Below, in pieces: positions 1 through 6,738 of a stretch of 32,333 nt of DNA. This DNA comes from Candidatus Micrarchaeota archaeon. GTDB lineage: Archaea > B1Sed10-29 > WALL01 > WAMD01. The translations under genes and the position numbers were made by a program. The DNA lies in assembly GCA_027077895.1 (NCBI GenBank), contig JALWQZ010000002.1, positions 1 to 32,333 of the forward strand, written 5' to 3'. The notes under the pieces were generated by a model that was given only the letters and a program-made list of their open reading frames with translations, was not told the origin of the DNA and ran no database searches. Each line of letters opens with the position of its first letter. Within the stretch, counting starts at the first letter, position 1.

Positions 1-8
1 ACACAACA

Positions 9-2801
9 ATGACAAAGTTGAATGATACGTACGCTTATGCAGAGGGTACACTCCCAGATGGTCACCATACCGCAAATATATATTGTAACGACACGGTTGG
101 AAATGTTGGGAGTGCAAGTGTAGAATTTAGCATAGACACAACTGGACCTGTAATTACATTTGTCCCACCAACGCCTGCAGATAACGCAGGTCTAAGCCAA
201 AACTGGACATACATAAATGTGACCATGGACGAAGACGCAAGTACCGCCATACTACACTGGGAAGACTCAAACGGTGCAATATCAAACTACACGATGCAAG
301 AGACCAATCCAAAGAACTGGAACTACAACATGACTAACATCCCAGATGGCGTATATTACTACTGGGTAACAGCAAACGACACACTAAACAACTGGGGCCA
401 GTCCGAAACTAGGAAAGTGATCATTTCCGTAAATGCCCCAGCGATTACAATATGGTCTCCTCAAAACAAGACATACAACACAACTAATGTGCTAGACTTA
501 AACGTTTCAGTAAGTAAACCTGTTGTGAAATGGTGGATGGAACTAAACGGAGAGAATTATTCGTTCACACCAAACACCACAATCGCAGCAAAACTGGGAT
601 ACAATCAACTAACAGTATTTGCAATGGATGCAGCAAACAAAACAGGAAACTCAACAGTAGACTTCACAGTAAACACAACATCATGGGCTGACGAATTTGA
701 CACCAACGTAGGAGTTAGTCAAAGTGAAAACATATCAGCAGACACAGGATCAGCAAAATTAAAATTCTGCTGGCCTGAGCTAACGACCGGATGCTGGCCA
801 TACAGAAAACCAATAACCATAACGCCTAGTGAGAACCTAACAAACTTCCAGGTAAAGTTAGTGCTAAACCTATCCACAGCATACAACGAAGGAAAGATAA
901 ACTCCGACTGCTCAGACTTAAGATTCACATGGTATAACTCAACATCAGGATCATATGAGAAAGTGCCGTACTGGGTGCAGACGTGCAACGTAACAGGGGA
1001 CACTGTAGTCTGGATAAAACCACCGGTCTTAGAAACAACTGGAACCACAGTATACATGTACTACGGAAACCCCGATGCTGCCAGTGAGAGCAATGGAACT
1101 GCAACATTTGAATTCTTTGACGAAATGAACAATCTAAACCAGTGGACCGTAAGTAACTGGGTGGACGAAGATGGGATAGCAAGAGCAAACGCTAGTAACT
1201 CTTACATAACCGCGGACTATACAACATCGAGCGAATACACAATACATATGAGAGTAAAGGGTGAAAGGTCAAGTACTGGGGCATCAGGATTCCTAGACTT
1301 TGGAGATAACAATGACAAGAGACTAAAGTTGTATCTGTACCCATATGACGGAAAAATAAGCCTGTACAACGGGACATACAATGATTACTCAATAGATTCA
1401 TCCTCATGGCATAACTATACAATAATCGCTGACTTCGTTGATAACAAGTATGAAGTTTACATAGACAGAGGAACTAGCCCAGCAATATCAATAACAGGAG
1501 CAGCAACAGGGACAGTTGGTCAACCTCAGTTCTACGCATACAACGCAAATGGTACATATGTTGACTGGATATTCATAACAAAGTATGCTACACCACCAAC
1601 CGTATCAGTAGGTAATGAACAAATGCCAACAACATCTGGATGGTTAAAATCAATCCAAATCGCTCCAGGAAAGGTTGTATGGGAAAAATTCTTCGCCAAT
1701 TCAAGTGTGCCGAGCGGGGCAACATTAACTTTCAGAATATTGAACTCAACAGGTGGAAACGTATGTGGTGACATAACACCATCAGAGGCATCGTCCGGAT
1801 TCAGCCTATGCAGCGAAGCACAAAAGTACACCAATCTAACACTCTATGCATACATGTCAACAACATCTGGTGGAGTAACTCCAAGGGTATACAACTGGAG
1901 CATAAGTTGGGAGCCAATAACCAACGACCTTGCAGTAAACCAGATTGTCTTCAATACAAGTTCACCAGTGGAATCAAATCCTGTTTTGGTAAGCGCCAAC
2001 ATAAGCAACTCTGGGAACACAAATCTAACAAACGTGACTGTTGAATTTGATATATACAGGTACAATGGTAGTGAATGGATACTGAAGGATAACAAAAATA
2101 TAAGCGTAAATGTTTCTAGCAACGGATGGACGTGGGCAAACTACACCTGGACCGCAGAGCCTGGCACATGGAATTTCACAGTAACTGTAGATCCAGAGAA
2201 CAACATAACTGAAACAAACGAGTCTAACAACGTTAATTCCACGACATACAATGTATCAAGTTGGCAGATCATGTACGGAAAGGTGAATGGTTGGATATCA
2301 ATAGGAGACGCATCAGGCCACAACTTTACAACATGGATACCAACAAACACTTCTGGTAACCTATACTTCGCAGACATTGATGCCAATTACAATATGGATG
2401 ACCTGAGACCACTAAATGGGACAGGCGACCTAGAAAAAGCAGACCAGGCACTGAACATGACAGGCTCATTCGATTCAATAGAAAACTTGTATGACACAAA
2501 CCACGACGGGATACCTGACAACACTGCATGCTTCCAGATAGGTACAAGAAATGTATGTGGAGTGCCTATTGTCAACAGCACTAGAAACAACAATGGAAAC
2601 TTTGTAACTGGTATACTATGGGACGATGATAATGGTGCAACGTCATATGATGGAAGTCAGCCTCTAGTTTTCATAACAAAGATAAACCAGAATAAAACTG
2701 GGACTTACGGAACATATGACTACGAGGTTAGAGTGCCATCTGCACTCAAGAACCAAGTGGGAACTAGAAGCCAGATAAGCATATACCTAGAAATAAAATA
2801 G
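9..2801 (+). CDS. Large cell-surface/S-layer-like glycoprotein with Ig-like repeats, DUF2341-like, LamG-like and CARDB domains; probably 5'-truncated by the window edge
   Basis: Frame is open back to the window start. Thr/Asn-rich with very many N-x-S/T sequons. DUF2341-like 'CSDLRFT...VPYWVQ...VVWIK...VYMYYGNPDA' and CARDB-like 'NDLAVNQIVFN...VTVDPENNITETNESNN'. Confidence 0.75.
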   Translation: MTKLNDTYAYAEGTLPDGHHTANIYCNDTVGNVGSASVEFSIDTTGPVITFVPPTPADNAGLSQNWTYINVTMDEDASTAILHWEDSNGAISNYTMQETNPKNWNYNMTNIPDGVYYYWVTANDTLNNWGQSETRKVIISVNAPAITIWSPQNKTYNTTNVLDLNVSVSKPVVKWWMELNGENYSFTPNTTIAAKLGYNQLTVFAMDAANKTGNSTVDFTVNTTSWADEFDTNVGVSQSENISADTGSAKLKFCWPELTTGCWPYRKPITITPSENLTNFQVKLVLNLSTAYNEGKINSDCSDLRFTWYNSTSGSYEKVPYWVQTCNVTGDTVVWIKPPVLETTGTTVYMYYGNPDAASESNGTATFEFFDEMNNLNQWTVSNWVDEDGIARANASNSYITADYTTSSEYTIHMRVKGERSSTGASGFLDFGDNNDKRLKLYLYPYDGKISLYNGTYNDYSIDSSSWHNYTIIADFVDNKYEVYIDRGTSPAISITGAATGTVGQPQFYAYNANGTYVDWIFITKYATPPTVSVGNEQMPTTSGWLKSIQIAPGKVVWEKFFANSSVPSGATLTFRILNSTGGNVCGDITPSEASSGFSLCSEAQKYTNLTLYAYMSTTSGGVTPRVYNWSISWEPITNDLAVNQIVFNTSSPVESNPVLVSANISNSGNTNLTNVTVEFDIYRYNGSEWILKDNKNISVNVSSNGWTWANYTWTAEPGTWNFTVTVDPENNITETNESNNVNSTTYNVSSWQIMYGKVNGWISIGDASGHNFTTWIPTNTSGNLYFADIDANYNMDDLRPLNGTGDLEKADQALNMTGSFDSIENLYDTNHDGIPDNTACFQIGTRNVCGVPIVNSTRNNNGNFVTGILWDDDNGATSYDGSQPLVFITKINQNKTGTYGTYDYEVRVPSALKNQVGTRSQISIYLEIK

Positions 2802-2820
2802 GGGGTTGATGGGTGTTGAA

Positions 2821-3198
2821 TCAGTACCTCTTTGAGTACCTATTAAACCCGTAACCAAACTCCTTCTCTGACACGTTGTTGCCTGTGTTAACCTCAAAGT
2901 CCTCGTCTGAATCTTCCAGTTTACCGTATCTTCCAACGTTCAGCCTGAGAGAACTCTTAAACAAAGATGTGTATCCATTCTCTAACTTGTAGGACTTCCC
3001 CTCTTCAACAGCATCAATCTTGTCATCCCACAGGGTCAAGATTACTGTTCCCGTCGTGTCGCCAACTAGAACATCCGAGACTTTGTGTGTTGAACCATCT
3101 AACTTGGACGTGACCTCCCTAGGCTCGCCCTTACTAACGACCTTAAAAACTAGGTCTATTCCCTTTTCTCTGGGTTTCAAATTTTCAATTTCTGTCAT
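2821..3198 (-). CDS. ssb: Single-OB-fold single-stranded DNA-binding protein (archaeal SSB/RPA)
   Basis: 'KVSDVLVGDTTGTVILTLWDD...YKLENGYTSLFKSSLRLNVGRYG' is a typical SSB OB fold. ATG at 3198 follows a GGTGA Shine-Dalgarno (SD) site; the ORF-track GTG at 3207 lies inside that SD. Confidence 0.88.
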   Translation of the reverse strand: MTEIENLKPREKGIDLVFKVVSKGEPREVTSKLDGSTHKVSDVLVGDTTGTVILTLWDDKIDAVEEGKSYKLENGYTSLFKSSLRLNVGRYGKLEDSDEDFEVNTGNNVSEKEFGYGFNRYSKRY

Positions 3199-3328
3199 AT
3201 AAATCACCTTTTCGATTGCACGTGAGAACTAGTCGAGAAATAGGCTAATCTCACGAACACTAATGTATAAGTTCCTAGGTATATAATACTTTGCATGATA
3301 GCGTAAAAAGACGAAGGTACCAACCATT

Positions 3329-3342
3329 AAGGTTTAAAAACA
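3329..3342 (+). promoter_or_regulatory. BRE/TATA promoter of tRNA-Thr
   Basis: AAGGTTTAAAAACA; the TATA starts 33 nt upstream of the tRNA. The identical 14-mer precedes tRNA-Tyr. Confidence 0.7.
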
Positions 3343-3365
3343 ATCCTGACAAAAACTAAAACGCT

Positions 3366-3439
3366 GCCTCGGTAGCTCAGCTGGTTAGAGCGGTCGCCTT
3401 GTAAGCGACAGGTCGGGGGTTCGAATCCCCCCCGGGGCT
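3366..3439 (+). tRNA. tRNA-Thr(TGT)
   Basis: Cloverleaf: acceptor GCCTCGG/CCGGGGC, anticodon arm GTCGC-CT TGT AA-GCGAC (anticodon 3400-3402), T arm GGGGG-TTCGAAT-CCCCC. Followed by a T-run. Confidence 0.97.
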
Positions 3440-3472
3440 CCTTTTTTAAACTCGGCCACATACAAATTTATC

Positions 3473-4111
3473 ATGAAACTCAAGGTTATTGGGCTCCTAG
3501 CGCTAGTTTTACTCGCTATATTCCTAGTCGGATGTACCGGGAATCAAAGGGTAATCCAGGATGCATCCGGAGGCCACAATGCTCTTCTTGTCATTGCACC
3601 ACAAAACTTCAGAGACGAGGAGTATTTCTACACGATGGAAGCCTTGGAAGACGCAGGAATACACGTCGATACTGCCAGCAAAACACCTGGTGTAAAGAGA
3701 GGAATGTTAGGTGGCCACGCACTAGCAAATCTAGGACTTTCCAACGTTGATATACAAAAGTACGACGCAATCGTCTTCATAGGCGGCTCAGGCGTTCCAG
3801 TGTATTACCATGACAAGCAAGCACTAGAACTAGCAAAGGAAGCCTACCAGCAAGGTAAGATTGTAGGAGCCATATGCCTAGCGCCTGGAATCCTGGCCTA
3901 CGCTGGGATACTAAAAAACAAAACTGCAACCATATGGGACAACGGGAGTGGACGGTTCATACAAATATTAAAATCAAACGGCGCAAGATACGTAAAAAAG
4001 AATGTGGTGGTTGACGGAAGGATAGTCACTGCAAACGGCACACAGGCGGCAAGGGAATTTGGGGATACAATTGCAAGGATGATTCTAGAAAACATGACCC
4101 AGAAGGTTTAA
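3473..4111 (+). CDS. DJ-1/PfpI family protein with N-terminal lipoprotein-type signal peptide
   Basis: 'IAPQNFRDEE', 'YDAIVFIGGSG', nucleophile elbow 'GAICLAP', 'VVVDGRIVTANG'. N-terminus MKLK, hydrophobic stretch, then lipobox LVGC. Confidence 0.9.
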   Translation: MKLKVIGLLALVLLAIFLVGCTGNQRVIQDASGGHNALLVIAPQNFRDEEYFYTMEALEDAGIHVDTASKTPGVKRGMLGGHALANLGLSNVDIQKYDAIVFIGGSGVPVYYHDKQALELAKEAYQQGKIVGAICLAPGILAYAGILKNKTATIWDNGSGRFIQILKSNGARYVKKNVVVDGRIVTANGTQAAREFGDTIARMILENMTQKV

Positions 4112-4116
4112 AAACA
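4103..4116 (+). promoter_or_regulatory. BRE/TATA promoter of tRNA-Tyr, overlapping the DJ-1 stop codon
   Basis: AAGGTTTAAAAACA, identical to the tRNA-Thr promoter; the TATA starts 32 nt upstream of the tRNA. Confidence 0.7.
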
Positions 4117-4138
4117 TATTAAACTAAATTATAAACGC

Positions 4139-4246
4139 CCCGCCCTAGCTCAGCCTGGTAGAGCGGTCGGCTGTAGTGGGTCAGGGGCTTTAAGCCTCCC
4201 GACCGCAGCTACCGACTGGTCCCCGGTTCGAATCCGGGGGGCGGGA
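4139..4246 (+). tRNA. tRNA-Tyr(GTA) with a 34-nt intron at position 37/38 (intron 4177-4210)
   Basis: Acceptor CCCGCCC/GGGCGGG (C1-G72, archaeal Tyr identity), anticodon GTA 4173-4175, stem GTCGG/CCGAC, BHB-like central helix CTGT/GCAG, T arm CCCGG-TTCGAAT-CCGGG. Confidence 0.95.
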
Positions 4247-4277
4247 CTTTTTTTAACTATAAACGCCTAACTCTATT

Positions 4278-4989
4278 ATGAAATCCGTTGACGAGATCAT
4301 AAGCATATACAGACATGCAGACGATTACCACAGATACCTAGTGTCAAACAAGAAAAGATTGGAAAAAAATGAGAAAGGTATTTTCTACAAACAAGAAATA
4401 CTTCGGGAAGAGCGTACTAGACATAGGTGCAGGCGGCGGTCTCCTAGGGATAGCAATAAAGGACAGAATCAAAAATTATCTCGGGATAGACATAAACCCA
4501 GACGTTGTCAAAGCAGCAAGGCCAGCCCTAGAAAAGGAAAGCCTAGACCTAATTCTAGGCGACGTAAGAGAGATAAAGATAACAGGCAAGTACGACACCG
4601 TCGTCATGATAGGAAATGTTCTAGGACACCTCACAGTTGACCAGTTCGTGGAAGCACTGACGAACATACAATCAGCAGTAGAACGCAAAGCCCACTTCAT
4701 CATAGAGTATCGTGACTGGATAGGGATGTGCTACAACAAAGAGTGGATCACAATATACAAATCAAAGGACGGGATCACAGTCACAGAGGGCATAAATACA
4801 GAGACTGGAGAAGTTGAAATCACAAAGATAGAGTACACCAACAGGAAACCAATCAAGTACACTCACACCATATGGGCACCATTCATACTAGAGACAATAA
4901 TGAAAACCTTCGGTTGGAGACTGGTAAAAAGAACAAGAGAGCCAGCCTGGGGCGGCTGGTTTGACATCTACGAGAGAACAAACAAATAA
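4278..4989 (+). CDS. Class I SAM-dependent methyltransferase, apparently interrupted by a +1 frameshift at the A7 run 4363-4369 (intact downstream ORF 4369-4989)
   Basis: Motif I 'VLDIGAGGG', 'YLGIDIN', 'LILGDVREI', 'YDTVVMIGNVLGHL'. Removing one A joins MKSVDEII...KKRLEK in frame to MRKVFS.... Confidence 0.75.
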
Positions 4990-5014
4990 ATACAAAACAT
5001 AACTTAAATGGGTC

Positions 5015-5587
5015 ATGGGACTGAACCTGGAAATCCTAAAGGCAATCACCAAGTACGCTGGGAAAAACGCACTCCTAGATTGGACAATGGTAATTCTAGC
5101 CAACTCATACGCAGTTCTTGGACCACTATACCTCCTGTATCTATGGTTCAGAAGCAGGGAAGAAAAAAGGGCAGCACTACTGATAACCACTGGGATAGCT
5201 CTCTCCCTGGCAATATCCGCCATAATATCCTCTTTTTATTACCATCCTAGGCCGTTCGTTGCAGGCGTGGCGAAGGCATTATTTTACCACCCACCAGACA
5301 CATCATTCCCAAGCGACGGCGCCACCACAGTCTTCGCTCTAGCATTCATGGTTCTATTCATACGGTGGTACAGATCCGGAACAATCCTATTTGTGTACGC
5401 AAGTCTAGTCGGGCTCGCTAGAATCTTCTGCGGAGTCCACTGGCCCCTAGACATACTAGGTGGTGCAACCGTCGGATTCGTCGGGAGTTACATAACCTTC
5501 CTATTCAGAGAAAAACTGAACACATACTACGACAAGATCATAGATTGGTACATCGCCGTAAGAAACCGCACAAACCACAAAGGATAA
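5015..5587 (+). CDS. PAP2-family membrane phosphatase (BcrC/undecaprenyl-diphosphatase-like)
   Basis: C1 'YHPRPF', C2 'SFPSDG' (His replaced), C3 'ARIFCGVHWPLDILGG'; several TM helices. Confidence 0.88.
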   Translation: MGLNLEILKAITKYAGKNALLDWTMVILANSYAVLGPLYLLYLWFRSREEKRAALLITTGIALSLAISAIISSFYYHPRPFVAGVAKALFYHPPDTSFPSDGATTVFALAFMVLFIRWYRSGTILFVYASLVGLARIFCGVHWPLDILGGATVGFVGSYITFLFREKLNTYYDKIIDWYIAVRNRTNHKG

Positions 5588-5618
5588 CATTATTAATAAC
5601 TAATTCTTTACTAGGAAC

Positions 5619-6728
5619 ATGGCGCCAATTACCACTGTCAGTAGCGTTAAGGCTACGAACAACATCATTGTGTCCAACATCAGTCACATAAACCTAGTCC
5701 TATCTAAAGTACCGTGGATAGAAGTCGTGTACACATTGATAACCATCATCATCGCCCTAATGGCAACAAAGTTCCTGTACACGCTAATAAAACGCACACT
5801 AGAAAAACTAGCAAAGGAGACAAAAACAAGACTGGACGATATACTAGTAAGAGAACTAGAACTTCCTATCCACATATACGTGCTGATATTCACATTCTGG
5901 GCGGCATTGACCATATACCCAGGGATGCAAAAATACCTGGCATCATTCAACAGAATAAATATCTCGCTGGTCATCCTAAACACAGCATACTTCATAACGA
6001 AACTTGTCAAGGGCCTGGAGGAGTGGTACACAACAAGCAAAAGGTTCGCAAGATACACCCACAACTACCTTATAGTCGCTAGGAAGTTGATAAACGCCAC
6101 CATATACATAATAGCAATAATCATAGTCCTAGCAGAAATGGGAATTGAAATCTCTCCACTGGTGGCCTCCCTAGGCATCGGCGGTTTGGCTGTCGCTCTA
6201 GCATTCCAAGACACATTGGCAAACTACTTCTCCGGGATATATGTGTCAACAGACAAGGATCTAAACATTGGTGACTACATAGAGATACCAAACAAGGCTA
6301 AAGGGTGGATAGAAGAGATAGGTTGGAGGTCATCAAAGATAAAAACCTGGGACGGGAACCTAATTCTAATCCCAAACAAACTCCTAGCAGAATCGCTCAT
6401 AATAAACTACTCAAAACCGAAGGAGCCAATAACGATTCCATTAGAGGTTGCAGTCAGTTACAATACAAAATCAGACAAGGTCATAAAGACACTTGAGAGC
6501 ATAATAAAATCAATCAAAAAGAATCACCCAGATCTGTTAACAGATAAGGAACCAACCATCAGGATAGATAGATTCGATGACTCAAATATTATATATAAGG
6601 TCTTCGTAGAGGTGAAAGACAGGGACAGTAAATACAAATTCATGGGCGTTTTCAACAAAGCGGTAGCAGAAGCGTATGAAAAAGGCAAACTGTCTGTGGA
6701 CTATCCTGTGGTAAAACTTATGAAGTGA
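5619..6728 (+). CDS. mscS: Small-conductance mechanosensitive channel (MscS family)
   Basis: 'LVASLGIGGLAVALAFQDTLANYFSG...IGDYIE...GWIEEIGWRSSKIKTWDGNLILIPN'. Confidence 0.93.
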   Translation: MAPITTVSSVKATNNIIVSNISHINLVLSKVPWIEVVYTLITIIIALMATKFLYTLIKRTLEKLAKETKTRLDDILVRELELPIHIYVLIFTFWAALTIYPGMQKYLASFNRINISLVILNTAYFITKLVKGLEEWYTTSKRFARYTHNYLIVARKLINATIYIIAIIIVLAEMGIEISPLVASLGIGGLAVALAFQDTLANYFSGIYVSTDKDLNIGDYIEIPNKAKGWIEEIGWRSSKIKTWDGNLILIPNKLLAESLIINYSKPKEPITIPLEVAVSYNTKSDKVIKTLESIIKSIKKNHPDLLTDKEPTIRIDRFDDSNIIYKVFVEVKDRDSKYKFMGVFNKAVAEAYEKGKLSVDYPVVKLMK

Positions 6729-6738
6729 GGTGATAACC

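Noticed and set aside
3329..4116. 14-bp direct repeat AAGGTTTAAAAACA as att sites or a target-site duplication
   Set aside because: Both copies sit at promoter distance from tRNA genes, and there is no integrase or duplicated tRNA 3' end; better explained as a conserved BRE/TATA.
4370..4640. Arg-rich remainder of ORF 4278-4640 as a separate protein
   Set aside because: Out-of-frame shadow of the methyltransferase; only the first ~30 codons look real.
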